NCBI RefSeq assembly: GCF_963921235.1
Contig: NC_086097.1
Coordinates: 232,998,001 to 233,062,000, forward strand
Direction: 5' to 3'
Origin: Mobula hypostoma
Taxonomy: Eukaryota
DNA length: 64,000 nt
The position numbers were made by a program, and so were the translations under genes. Of this stretch, positions 27,183-40,026 are shown one piece after another. Every line of letters begins with the position of its first letter. The stretch's first letter is position 1. The notes under the pieces were generated by a model. That model ran no database searches, had not been told where the DNA came from, and was given only the letters and a program-made list of their open reading frames with translations.

Positions 27183-27800
27183 GGGGCGGCACGGTAGTGT
27201 AGTGGTTAGCACAATGCTTTACAGTACCGGTTACCAATATTCCCTTTAAGATGGGTGTGCGCACTCAACTTCTGCCACGAGCGCAAAAATGCATTTAAAC
27301 TGCGCACAAAATGCTGTCACCCTCTGCCTCGTTGGCATGTTAAATGCATTTCATGATTGTACACAACCACATATCTTTTCTGGTTTCTGATGCGGACAGT
27401 ATTTGCAATGTTGAATTTGCAATGGTTTTTCTGCGGATTTTAGAACTGGCTTATTTATACTGTTTTTATTGAAGAAATTATTCAGTGCTCACATGTTGTT
27501 GTCACTGGGCAATAAACTGCACAGCACAAGATTTTTTCACACACTGGTCATTACAGATTAGAAGGAACATTGCCAATGACCCGGATTCAATTCCCACCTC
27601 TATCTGTAAGGAATTTGTGCGTTCTCTCCATGAGCACGTGGATTTCCTCTGGGTGCTCCAGTTACCTCCCACAGTCCAAAGATCTATCAGTTGGTATTAA
27701 TTGGTCACTATAAATTGTCCTGTGATTAGGCTAGGGTTAAATGGGGGTTGTTGGGCAGAGTGGCTTGAAGGGTCAGAAGGGCCTATTCTGCATTATATTT
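27183..27800 (+). mobile_element. tRNA-headed V-SINE (HE1-like); other copies on the minus strand at about 19620-19925, 40730-41030, 53620-53860, 57700-58035
   Basis: Head GGGGCGGCACGGTAGTGTAGTGGTTAGC, B box GGATTCAATTCCC, V-domain-like GTTCTC.CC..GAGCACGTGGATTTCCTCTGGGTGCTCCAGTTACCTCCCAC. Confidence 0.8.
27235..27572. mobile_element. non-autonomous hAT-like DNA transposon inside the V-SINE head
   Basis: TIRs CAATATTCCCTTTAA / TTAGAAGGAACATTG; degenerate 8-bp TSD CCGGTTAC / CCAATGAC. Confidence 0.7.
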
Positions 27801-27859
27801 CAAAAAATAAACAAAAATTAAAATTTAAAAAGTAACATTATGAACAATATGTTAAGTGT

Positions 27860-28595
27860 CACGTAGGAGCAGAGTTAGGCCACTTGGCCCATCGAGTCTG
27901 CTCCACCATTTCATCATGGCTGATCCAATTTTCCTCTTAGCCCCAGTCTCCTGCCTTCTCCCCATATCTCTTCGTGCCCTGACCAATCAAGAAACTATCA
28001 ACCTCTGTTTTAAATATACATAAGGACTTGGCCTCCACAGCGGCCTGTGGCAATGATCCACAGATTCACCACTCTCTGGCTAAAGAAATTCCTCCTCATC
28101 TCTGTTCTAAAAGGATGCCCCTCTATTCTGAGCCCATGTCCTCTGGTCTGAGACTCTCCCACCATAGGAAATATACATTCCATATCCACTCTATCAGGCC
28201 TTTCACCATTCGATAGGTTTCAATGAGGTCACCCCTTCACCCCTCATTCTTTTGAATTTTAGTGAATACAGGCCCAGCGCCATCAAACACTCTTCATATG
28301 TCAAACCATTCAATCCCGGAATCATTTTTGTGAACCTCCTTTGCACTATCTCCAGTTACAGCACATCCTCTCTATGATAAGGGGCCCAAAACTGCTCACA
28401 ATCCTCCAAGTGAGGCCTCACCAAGGTCTCAGCATTACATCCTTGCATTAAATACTCATCCTCTTGAAATCAATGCTAATATTGCATTTGCCTTCCTTAC
28501 CAAAGACTCAACCTGCAAATTAACCTTTAGGGAATCCTGCACAAGGAGTCCTAAGTCCCATTGTACCTCAGTTTTTTTTGTATTTTCTCTCATTT
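27860..28595 (-). mobile_element. old CR1 3' fragment
   Basis: Reverse complement of the same CR1 3' region seen at 26.2-26.9 kb. Confidence 0.8.
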
Positions 28596-30769
28596 CCCTA
28601 AGATGCAAACTCCACACAGACAGCTCCTGAGGTCAGGATCAAACCTGGAGGCTGAGAAGCTTTGAGGCAAATAGTTTCCAGTATTTGCCTGTTAAGGAAA
28701 TGTGAAAACTGGAATGCTTCGTTTCCATTTCAATAGCAAGACCCAATTAAAAGCAGACGGCAGGATTGCATGAGTTGATAACGTGATCTGAAAGAAGACA
28801 CATCCACAAAATATCACTCAGATGGGAATAGAACTGATTAAAACTAAAGCGAGTGCTGAGATAGAACAAGCAGAAAGTGCTTTTAATTCACTTGAGCTTT
28901 GAAATAAACATCTGCCAAGGAGAGATTAGAACAGGATATACAGTACTGTATAATGTCTGTGAAGTACAGAACAGGAAAATCATTTGTTAAATGGTAACGA
29001 TGAATTATAAATAATTATAAAACATCTGCATTGAAATCTAACAATGAGGAAGAAAACCATTTCAAAACAGGTGTTGCAATAAGAACAGATACTTTGGAAT
29101 TCATTACGGTCTTCCAAGGCAAATGCTGACCTCAGTGCACTGCAGGTGACAACCTACAGGTCCAAACAAAACCTTTTGTTTATAGAGCAGTTGTTCCTCC
29201 TACATTACTGTATTGAGCTGAATCTTGGAGCACCTGCAGTAGGCACTGAAAGTCCTGGAACAATACCACCGAAGATCATTACAAAATATTTTGAGGATCA
29301 CCTGGAAGGACAGATGCACTATTACTTTTAAGTTCCTTTAAACTTGAAATTCCTCGATCCTTGGTGTTATCATTTCACAGGTACTTCTCCTGGGCCAAGC
29401 ACACAAGTGCTTAATTACCAAGAAGGCATGACAGTGCCATTACTTCCTTAGGAGTTTGTGAAGATTCAGCATGACGTATATAACTTAGATTAACTTCCAT
29501 AGATGTGTGGTAGAGAGCATATTGAGGGGCTGTACTGCGGCTTGGTATAGAAATATCAATGCCCTTAAAATGGAAAATCCTACAGATTTCTCTCCCCACC
29601 ACTGGGCACATCTACGTGGAGTGTTTTCGCAGGAAAGCAGCATCCAGCATCATGGACACCCCCACCCCCACCATCACCCAGGTCATACTGTCTTCCTGCC
29701 ATCAGGGAGAAGGTACAGGAGCTTTAGGATGCACACACCCTGGGGGTTCAGGAACAGTTATTACCCCTCAATCATCAGACTCCTGAACCAGAAGGGATAA
29801 CTTCACTCAATTTCACCTGCCCCATCACTGAAATGTTCCCACAACCTATGGACTCACTTTCAAGGACTCTTCGTCTCACGTTCTTGTTACTTATTGCTTA
29901 TTGATTTATTCTTGTGCTTTTTTTTCTCAGCTCAGGCTGGTAGAAGCTGAGGTACAGACATCGCAAGCGCACTCATTTCTTAACTGCTAGGAACTTTCAG
30001 ACTAATCAGTGATGTTTAGTATTGTTGCCCTCTGAAGATTTACATAAATATTACTGTGTAGGCCTAATTGTTTAATGCTATTGTTCAGTGACTTTGTGAT
30101 GATACTAGTTGTAGATATTACTATCTGACAATATATACCCTGTTCATGTTCCATAGTCTTTCAATTTCCTCTTTTATTTCATCATATTTCTGATGTTTTT
30201 CACTTATTGATTTCAGCATGTTATATATGCTTCGAAAGGCTGTATCTATTAAGTAAGTTGTTCTTGCTTGTTTATCCTGTAATATTATACCTGACTGGTT
30301 ATTATGGATTCTCCTATCTGTAGTAATGGATCTGTCATGGTGTAATTTGTTGGAGTCTGACTCTAAAACTGGATCAGGCTTCTATTTATAGTAAGGCATG
30401 GTTTCTTTTATGAGTTTATACTTTAAAGCAAGATTTTGTTTGCCACTTGATTTTGCCTGATAACATCAGAATCCGCCTGAAGGAAATTCAACGTTACATT
30501 GAAAAAGTGGGAAGACTTTGCACGCAATAGACGCAGCGGAGGGAAATCTGTTCAGGAGGGAGCTGTGCTACATGAGGACGACCTCTGTTGTGTTACAGAG
30601 GACGAGCAGCTGTTGTGAACGGGGGGACTCAACGACCAAAAGATCCAACCACTGACAACGACCTTCATTTACTCTTGCTCACACGGCACCAGAATGTGGA
30701 TCCTGGATCGGCTTCTACAACCACCTGTAGGCCCACCAATAGGCAAGTCCTGAGGAGAAGATCCTACTC

Positions 30770-31340
30770 TTACTTTACGTTACTTTATTGTCGCCAAACA
30801 ATTGATACTAGAGCGTACAATCATCACAGCGATATTTGATTCTGCACTTCGCGCTCCCTGGAGTACAAATCGATAGTAAATATAGTGAAAATTTAAATTA
30901 TAAATCATAAATAGAAAATAGAAAAGGGAAAGTAAAGTAGTGCAAAAAAACCGAGAAGCAGGTCTGGATATTTGGAGGGTATGGCCCAGATCCGGGTCAG
31001 GATTCGTTTCAGCAGTCTTATTACAGTTGGAAAGAAGCTATTCCCAAATCTGGCCGTACGAGTCTTCAAGCTCCTGAGCCTTCTCCTGGAGGGAAGAGGG
31101 ACGAAAAGTGTGTTGGCTGTGTGGGTCGTGTCCTTGATTATCCTGGCAGCACTGCTCCGACAGCGTGCGGTGTAAAGTGAGTCCAAGGACAGAAGATCGG
31201 TTTGTGTGATGTGCTGGGCTGTGTTCACAATCTTCTGCAGCTTCTTCCGGTCTTGGACAGGACAACTTCCATACCAGGTTGTGATGCACCCTAGAGGAAT
31301 GCTTTCTACGCTGCATCTATAAAAATTAGTGAGGGTTTTC
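30770..31340 (-). mobile_element. Rex1/Babar-type LINE 3' fragment
   Basis: TLTNFYRCSVES...RTARFGNSFFPTVIRLL. Confidence 0.85.
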
Positions 31341-31940
31341 ACTCGACCTGAATGATCATACTACTACTACTGAACTCAATTACCTAATGCAATTTGATTT
31401 ACCTAACACACGAAAAAACAAAAATGGTGGGAGTTCACTATCGTCAAAATATAATTGCTTTGAACTTTTGTACTATATTGTTACATAAATTTGCCTTTGT
31501 CACATATAACCCTCCACCAAAGCCCATGAATGTGTTCTTATCTTCAAAATCCACAACTCTCTGTATTTAAACTCATTTAGTCCACATCAACCCCAAACTG
31601 AAATGGTGCATATCAATGTACCAAAGGATATGCTCAGGGATAAGGACCATAACAGAGTGTCCCTCATCATCTTTAACATGATTGAAATTTAATGATAATC
31701 AAATAGGATTTTTTTTTGCCCAAGCAGATGTGAAGAAAGTGTGCCTATTGCCGAGCTGTTAAGAGCGATGCCCTCTGAGGATTGCAGATGGTCAGTGTGG
31801 ACTTAATGGGTGAAGGGCCATGTACGAGTATGACTCAGCTGGTGTTGGATTTGGGTGTGGAATTGTTACTTTTCTTGCATTTTTCTTGTAGTTTAACTTT
31901 CCTAATTGCTTGTATTTCTGTATGATCATGTCTATACACG

Positions 31941-32612
31941 TTAGATTAGATTAGATTATGAGGACAAGCAGTCCTCTTTTATTGTCATTTAGTAATGCAT
32001 GCATTAAGAAATGATACAATTTGTTCCTCCAGAATGATATCACAGAAACACAAGACAAACCAAGACTAAAAAAACTGACAAAAACCACATAATTATAACC
32101 TATAGTTACAACAGTGCAAGCAATACCATAATTTGATAGAAGAACAGACCATGGGCACGGTAAAAAGTCTCAAAGTCTCTCGAAAGTCCCATCATCTCGC
32201 GCAGACGGTAGAAGGGAGAAACTCTCCCTGCCATGAGCCTCCAGCGCCGCAGACTTGCCGATGCAGCACCCAGGAAGCACCCAACCACAGTCCGACTCCG
32301 AGTCTGTCCAAAAACTTCGAGCTTCCGACCAACTCTCCGACACTGAGCACCGAGCACTATCTCTGCTGAGCGCTTCGACCCCAGCCCCGGCAACAGGCAA
32401 TAGGCAAAGATGAGGATTTGGGGCCTTCCCATCTGGAGGTTCTCGATCGCACAGTAGCAGTGGCAGCGAAGCGGGCATTTCAGAAGTTTCTCCAGATGTT
32501 CCTCCGTGCTTCTCACGTCTGTCTCCATCAAATCAGGATTGTGCATGGCATCCTAGTTCACAAATACGATATCAATTCGGAGCGGCCGCGCTGTGTCGCG
32601 CCGCTATCTTCT
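31941..32612 (-). mobile_element. non-coding CpG-rich retroelement with (TCTAA)n tail, family not identified
   Basis: Tail TTAGATTAGATTAGATTA on the plus strand; head AAGATAGCGGCG; no RT motifs. Confidence 0.55.
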
Positions 32613-33035
32613 TCTCCCCCTCCAGTGAACAGTGTACAGTGTACTTTCCATCAATTACAGTACAGTTGCTTTTGTATTTTCCTAGGTGTCACACACCTGA
32701 ATCCAGCTATTTTCTGTATTAATTGTTATCACTGGAATTTTCTTATCTCTAGTCTGAGTATGACATGACTATAACTACTTTTTTTTCCCTTTGTCTTTAC
32801 TTGTTCCCTCATCACCTCTTTTGACATTCTTTGTTCTTGTAACATTTAATAAAATAGCTGTAAGCAAAAGGTTTTACACCTCATTCTTGACTTCCGAAGA
32901 ACATTTAGATCGCAAAAGCATCACAATCCAACAACACAGACACGGGGAAATCTGCAGATGCTGGAAGTTCAAGCAACACACACAAAAAGTGCTGGTGAAC
33001 GCAGCAGGCCAGGCAGCATCTCTAGGAAGAGGTAC

Positions 33036-33071
33036 AGTCGACGTTTCAGGTCGGGACCCTTCGTCAGGACT
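33036..33071 (-). ncRNA. minimal type-I hammerhead ribozyme motif in Penelope terminal region
   Basis: Minus strand AGTC-CTGACGA-A-GGGTCCCGACCT-GAAA-CG-TC-GACT: stem I AGTC/GACT, core CUGACGA, stem II, GAAA, short palindromic helix III, GUC cleavage triplet. Confidence 0.75.
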
Positions 33072-33441
33072 AACTGAAAGAAGAGATAGTAAGAGATTTG
33101 AAAGTGGGAGGGGGAGGGGGAGATCCGAAATGATAGGAGAAGACAGGAGGGGAGAGATGGATCTAAGAGCTGGAGAAGGGAGAGGATCATGGGATGGGAA
33201 GCCTGGGGAGAAAGAGAAGTGGGGAGGGGAGCCTGGAGGGTGAAGAGCAGGCAAGGAGTTATAGTGAGAGGGACAGAGGGAGAAAAAAGAGAGCGAGAGA
33301 GAGAGAGAGAAAAAAGGGGGAAAAAATAAAAAATACATATTTAAAAAAACAAATAAATAAATAAGGGATGGGGTGTGAAGGGGAGGAGGGGCATTAACGG
33401 AAGTTAGAGGAGTCAATATTCATGCCGTCAGGTTAGAGGCT

Positions 33442-33751
33442 TATAGGCATCCGTTAGTCTCATGAGACCATGGATTTGCGCCTTGGAAGGTTTGCAGGGC
33501 GCAGGCCTGGGCAAGGTTGTATGGAAGACGGGCAGTTGCCCATGCTGCAAGTCTCCCCTCTCCATGCCACCAATGTTGTCCAAGGGAAGGGCATTAGGAC
33601 CCATACAGGTTGGCACCGGTGTCGTTGCAGAGCAATGTGTGGTTAAGTGCCTTGCTCAAGGACACACACGTTGCCTCAGCCAAGGCTCGAACTAGCAACC
33701 TTCAAATCACTAGACGAACGCCTTAACCACTTGGCCATGCACCAACATGTT
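33442..33751 (-). mobile_element. tRNA-derived CORE-type SINE nested in the Penelope left arm
   Basis: A box TGGCCAAGTGG, B box GTTCGAGCC, CORE-like GTGTCCTTGAGCAAGGCACTTAACC. TSD TT(A/G)GAGGCT at 33433-33441 and 33752-33760. Confidence 0.8.
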
Positions 33752-36534
33752 TTGGAGGCTACCCAGACGGAATATAAGGTGCTGTTCCTCCAACCTGAGT
33801 GTGGCTTCATCTTGACGGTAGAGGAGACCGTGGATAGACATATCAGAATGGGAATGGGACGTAGAATTAAAATGTGTGGCCCCTGGGAGATCCTGCTTTC
33901 TCTGGCGGACAGAGCGTAGGTGTTCAGCAAAGCGGTCTCCCAGTCTGCGTCGGGTCTCGCCAATATATAGACGGCTGCACCGGGAGCACGGGACGCAGTA
34001 TATCACCTCAGCTGACTCACAGGTGAAGTGTTGCCTCACCTGGAGGGACTGTCTGGGGCCCTGAATGGTGGTGAGGGAGGAAGTGTAAGGGCATGTGTAG
34101 CACTTGTTCCACTTACAAGGATAAGTGCCGGGAGGGAGACCCCTCCCCTTCTTCCGTCTTCAACCCTCCTCCTCTTCATGGACACCCCGCTCTGGTCTTC
34201 TGCTTGCTCTGGACCTCTTTATTGCTAACTGCCGACAGGATATCAACCGTCTTGACTTCACCACACCTTGTTCCCATTCCAACCTTACTCCCTCCGAACG
34301 CTCTGCTCTCCACTCTCTCCACACTAATCCTAACCTTACTATAAAACCCGCCGATAAGGGGGGTGCCGTTGTAGTTTGGCATACACCCTCTACATTCCCG
34401 AGGCACAGCGACAACTCACGGATACCTTGTCTTATTTACCCCTCGATCATGACCTCACTAAGGAGCACCAGGCCATTGTCTCCCACACCTTCACCGACTT
34501 TATCCGCTCAGGGGATCTCCCATCCACTGCTACCAACCTTATAGTTCCCACACCCCGCACTTCCTGTTCTACCTCCTACCCAAGATCTACAAACCTGCCT
34601 GCCCTGGTAGACCCATTGTCTCAGCTTGCTCCTGCCCCACCGAACTTATTTCTGCATACCTCGACACTGTTTTATCCCCCTTGTTCAATCCCTTCCTACC
34701 TATGTTCATGACACTTCTCACGCTCTGAATCTTTTCAATGCTTTTAAGTTCCCTGGCCCCCACCGCTTTATTTTCACCATGGATGTTCAGTCCCTATATA
34801 CCTCCATCCCCCACCAGGAAGGTCTCAAAGCTCTCCACTTCTTTTTGGATTCCAGACCTAACCAGTTCCCCTCTACCACCACTCTCCTCCATCTAGCGGA
34901 ATTAGTCCTTACTCTTAACAATTTCTCCTTTGGTACCTCCCACTTCCTCCAAACTAAAGGTGTCGCCATGGGCACCCGTATGGGTCCCAGCTATACCTGT
35001 CTTTTAGTTGGCCTTGTGGAACAATCCATGTTCCAAGCCTATACTGGTATCTGTCCCTCTCTTTTCCTTCGCTACATCGACGACTGCATTGGTGCTGCTT
35101 CCTGCACGCATGCTGAGCTTGTTGACTTCATTAACTTTGCCTCCAACTTTCACCCTGCCCTCAAGTTTACCTGGTCCATTTCCGACACCTCCCTCCCCTT
35201 TCTTGATCTTTCTGTCTCTATCTCTGGAGACAGCTTATCTACTGATGTCTACTATAAGCCTAGTGACTCTCACAGCTATCTGGACTATTCCTCTTCTCAC
35301 CCTGTCTCTTGCAAAAATGCCATCCCCTTCTCGTAATTCCTCCATCTCCGCCGCATCTGCTCTCAGGATGAGGCTTTTCATTCCAGGACAAGGGAGATGT
35401 CCTCCTTTTTTAAAGAAAGGGGCTTCCCTTCCTCCACCATCAACTTTGCTCTCAAATGCATCTCCCCCATTTCACGTACAACCGGTCTCACTCCATCCTC
35501 CCACCACCCCACTAGGAATAGGGTTCCCCTTGTCCTAACCTACCACCCCACCAGCCTCCGGGTCCTACATATAATTCTCCGTAACTTCCGCCACCTCCAA
35601 CGGGATCCCACCACCAAGCACATCTTTCCCTCTCCCCGCTCTGCTTTCTGCAGGGATCGCTCCCTACGCAACTCCCTTGTCCATTCTTTCCCCCCATCCC
35701 TTCCCACCGATCTCCCTCTCAGCAATTATCCTTGTAAGGGGAACAAGTGCTACACATGCCCTTACACTTCCTCCCTCACCACCATTCAGGGCCCCAGACA
35801 ATCCTTCCAGGTGAGGCGACACTTCACCTGTGAGTCGGCTGGGGTGATATACTGCGTCCGGTGCTCCCGGTGCAGCCTTCTATATATTGACGAGACCCAA
35901 CGCAGACTGGGAGACCGTTTCGCTGGACACCTATGCTCTGTTCGCCAGAGAAAGCAAGATCTCCCAGTGGCCACACATTTTAATTCCACATCCCATTCCC
36001 ATTCTGACATGTCTATCCACAGCCTCCTCTACTGTAAAGATGAAGCCACACTCAGGTTGGAGGAACAACATCTTATATTCCGTCTGGGTAGCCTCCAACC
36101 TGATGGCATGAATATTGATTTCTCTAACTTCAGTTAATGCCCCCCTCCCCTTCACACCCCATCCCTTATTTACTTATTTAACATATTTTTTATATATATT
36201 TTTAATTTTCCCCCCTTTTTTTCCTTTCCTCCTCTTTTTTCTCCCCCATCCCTCTCACTATAACTCCTTGCCTGCTCTCCACCCTCTGGGCTCCTCTCCC
36301 CTCTTCTTTTTCTCCCCAGGCTTCCTGTCCCATGATCCTCTCCCTTCTCCAGCTCTTAGATCCATCTCTCCCCTCCTGTCTTCTCCTATCATTTTGGATC
36401 TGCCCCTCGCCCTCCCACTTTCAAATCTCTGTTAGTCCTGACAAAAGATCCAACAACAGTAACTTGCCCATTCAAAAGTAGATCACTTGAAGATAAAGTA
36501 TGCCTCTCAAAAGGAAGATGTCTTTCCTCTATGT

Positions 36535-36615
36535 CAAGGGCTCCTAATGTGGGGTACACGGACCCCCTTACTTAATGCCATTGGCCCATGGCATAACAAA
36601 GATTGGGAATCCCTG
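36535..36615. mobile_element. 81-bp hAT-type MITE
   Basis: Ends CAAGGGCTCCTAAT / ATTGGGAATCCCTG; 8-bp TSD CTCTATG(T/C). Confidence 0.7.
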
Positions 36616-36789
36616 CTCTATGCAGTAACTTCAGATTTCAGACAGCAGACGGGTCTTTAACTTGAATCGTTAACTCCATCTCTCTTTCTGTTGCAGTATG
36701 TTGAGTATTTCCAACATTTCTGAAAATTTTATTTCAGTTCTGCAAGGGTTCCAAGGTTTCTGCAAAAGCGCCATACAAATCAATAAGGT

Positions 36790-39225
36790 TATAAGACAGA
36801 GAAGCACAATTAGGCCATTCAGCCCAACAATTCAGCTCGACCTTTCCATCATGGCTGATTTACTATCCCTTGCAACCTACTGTTCTGTCTTCTCCCTGTA
36901 ACCTTTGGCATCCTTACCAATTGAGAACCTATCAATTTCCAATCTAAATATACCCAAAGATTTGGCCACCACAGCCGACTGTGGCAATAAATTGCACAGA
37001 TTCACCTGCCTCTGGGTAAAGAAATTCCTCCTCTAAAGAAATGTATCTGGTTCTAGAATCCCCCATGGAGAACTTCGTCTCCACGTCCACTCTATCTGAA
37101 CCGTTCAATATTTGATAGGTTTCAATGAGATCCCACCCCTTCATCCTTCTAAACTCTATGGAGTACAGGTCCAAACCCCTCATTGACTCCTCATATGTTA
37201 ACCTTTTCATTCCCAGATCATTTTCTATGAAGCTAACCACATCAGAAGGGGAAAATGAGCAGGAACATCCGCCAGAAAGAGTAGAATGCAGTGTTCCTAA
37301 ATGATTACTCTGTGCCAGTATGTACAAAGGGGAAGGATGTGGTGGATAATGAAAGCAGTGTGCAGGTTACTGATAGAAACATAGAAGACCTACAGCACAA
37401 TACAGGCCACTCAGCCCACAAAGCTGTGCCGAATATGTCCTTACCTTAGAAATTACCAAGGGTTACCCATAGCCCTCTATTTTTCTAAGCTCCTATGGCA
37501 GATGATTCCAAGAAAAAGAAAGAAATAGTGTTAGCTCGCTTAAAAGATAAGGCGGATAATTCCACTGGGCCTGATGTAATATAGCCTAGGTTATAGAGAG
37601 AGGCAAGAACTGAGGTTGCTGAGGCCTTGACCTAGATCTTTGTACCTTCTCTAGACACAAGCAAGGTCTTAGAAGACTAATATTGTGACTAATATTGTTC
37701 ATTTACTCAACAAGTGAAATAGGGATAATCCTGGAAACGATAGACCGGTGAGTCTCATATCAGTGGCAGGAAAGTTATTGGACAGAAATAATGAGCATTG
37801 GAAAACCATGCTCTAATTAGGGGCAGTCAGCATGGCTTGTGCAGGGCAAGTCATAATTTATCAACTTTATTGACTTTTTGAGGAGGTGACAAGGGTTATT
37901 GAATGAAGATATAGCTATGGATGTCGTCTATATAGATTTTAGTGAAGTGTTTGACAAGCTCCCTCACGGGAGGTTAATTGAAGATTAAGATGCATGGAAT
38001 CCATGGTCAATTGGCCATTTGGATTCAGAATTGATTTGCTCATAAAATACAGCGGGCAGAACTTATTGGGACTTATTTGGGGTCATGACTACTGGTGTTC
38101 TGCAGGGATATGTATTGGGACTTCTGCTGTTGATGTTATCTATAAATGACCTGGATAAAAAATGTGGCAAAAGATAAGTATTGGGGACAGAATGCACATG
38201 GCTGAGGTGATTGCTACAGATCCCACTGCCCCCAAACTGCAAGGGTATGTGGTGTGGAGAAAGAGTCAGAGAAGTAGAGCACATAACCAGACCCTCCAGT
38301 TCATCTAGTCTGTCCCGAACTATTTAAACTGCCTGCTCCCATCTACCTGCAAACCTCTACTATCCCTGTGCCTATCCAAACTTCCATTAAACATTGAAAC
38401 TGATCTCACATGCATCACTTGTGCTGGCAGCTTATTCCACACCCTCATGACCCTGAGTGAAGAAGTTTCACCCTAAGTTCCCCTTAAGGCGTTCACCTTT
38501 CATACTTACCCCATGACCTCTGGTTGTAGTCCCACCCAACCTCAGTGGAAAAAACCTGCTTAAATTTACCCTATCCATACACCTTATAATCTCCTCCCAA
38601 CCTTCTACATTCTAAGCAATAAATTCTTAACCTATTCAATCTTTCCCTGTAATTCAGGTCCTCCAAACCTGACAACATCCTTGTAAATTTCCTCTGTAAT
38701 CTTTCAATCTTATTCACATATTTCCTGTAGGTAGGTGACCAAAACTGCACACAATACTCCAAATTAAGGCTCACCAATGTCTCATACACCTTCAGCATAG
38801 CATCCCATCTCCTGATTTAGGAAGGCCAAAGTGCCAAAAACTTTCTTTATGACCCTATCTACCTGTGATGCCACTTTCATCGAATTATGGATCATTATTC
38901 CCAGATTTCTTTGTTCCAGCACACGCCTCAGTGCTCTACCGTTCACTGTGTGAGACCTACTCTGGTTGGCCCTACCGAAGAGCAACACCTCGCACTTTGC
39001 TGCATTGAATTCCATCGGCTATTTTTCAGCCTATCGTTCCAGCTGATGCAGATCCCTCTGCAAGCCATGATAGCCTTCCTCGCTGTCCACTACACCCTGA
39101 ATTTTGGTGTCATCTGCAAGTTTGCTGATGCAGTTAACCACATTATCATGCAGATCATTGATACGGATGACAAGCAACAAAACGGACCCAGCACCGATCC
39201 CTGTGGCTCTCTACTAGTCACAGAT
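36790..39225. mobile_element. cluster of old CR1 fragments in both orientations
   Basis: Degenerate RT and C-terminal motifs (LEYCVQFWSP, MEFNAAKCEVL); plus-strand piece at about 37500-38165. Confidence 0.8.
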
Positions 39226-39642
39226 ACTTGATTCCATTCCTTCTGAACATTTCGGCAAATTCAGCACAAATGAAGTGTCTTCCATCGCCTCTTGCATGTA
39301 TATCTGGAGGACACTGTGTGGCTAAGATTATTCTCAAACTTAAGAACAAGCATCTGAGATGCAGAAGTATCTGATACGGTGTAAAAATGGTTTCACAGGT
39401 TGATAAAGTGAAAAATAAGGCTATATGACTTAATTGCTTTTATGAGTGACAGAGTGGACATCAATTTCTACTAAAGGAGGTGTAAGATGCTCTTTCCTAA
39501 CATGCCTAACATACCCTCTTTCAAAAGCTTAATTTAATCCTATTCTACTACTACTGCATGCAGCAAATTCCAGCTGTTCACTCTATCTGTGCCTCTTATA
39601 ATCTTATACACCTTATCCCTATTAGTGTAATTGATCTCTGTA

Positions 39643-40026
39643 CTCCGGGCTGGTGGGGTGAGATACGTCTCTACCAAAAGGAGATCTAAGCTGCTCCTTT
39701 CCTCCACCAGCTTGCAGGTAGCCCTTGGGCAAGGTGCAGCACCTGCTTAGCCCTCCTGAGCAGGGTCAAGTGAAACCATGGGAGAAGGTGGTGGATGGTC
39801 GTATGAGCAGCTGGTGCAGATCACAAGTCCTGGTTATGCGACCACTGATGCCAGGCAGACAATCACTGAACAGCGGTGATAATGGCTGGGGTCACCCATC
39901 TTGTAAAGACACTGCCCTGAAGAAGGCATGGCAACCACTTCTGTAGAAAAATTTACCAGGAACAATTATGGTCATGAGATCATGATCGTCCACATCATAT
40001 GACATGGCTCATAATGACGATGATGC
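39643..40026 (+). mobile_element. short retroelement with an RTE/Bov-B-like 3' tail; second copy on the minus strand at about 48335-48840, split by a Penelope piece
   Basis: Tail GAAGAAGGCATGGCAACCACTTCTGTAGAAAAATTTACCAGGAAC and (GAT)n end; head shared with 48735-48840. Confidence 0.65.

Larger units (their letters stand above)
32937..36447 (+). mobile_element. Penelope-like element with inverted arm (minus arm 32937-about 34135; plus arm about 34140-36447), pseudogenised RT + GIY-YIG
   Basis: RT motifs IKPADKGGAVVV, TMDVQSLYTSIP, GVAMGTRMGPS and RYIDD; GIY-YIG VIYCVRC..LYI.ET.RRL.DRF..H in both arms. 11-bp TSD ATCCAACAACA at 32926-32936 and 36448-36458. Confidence 0.92.
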
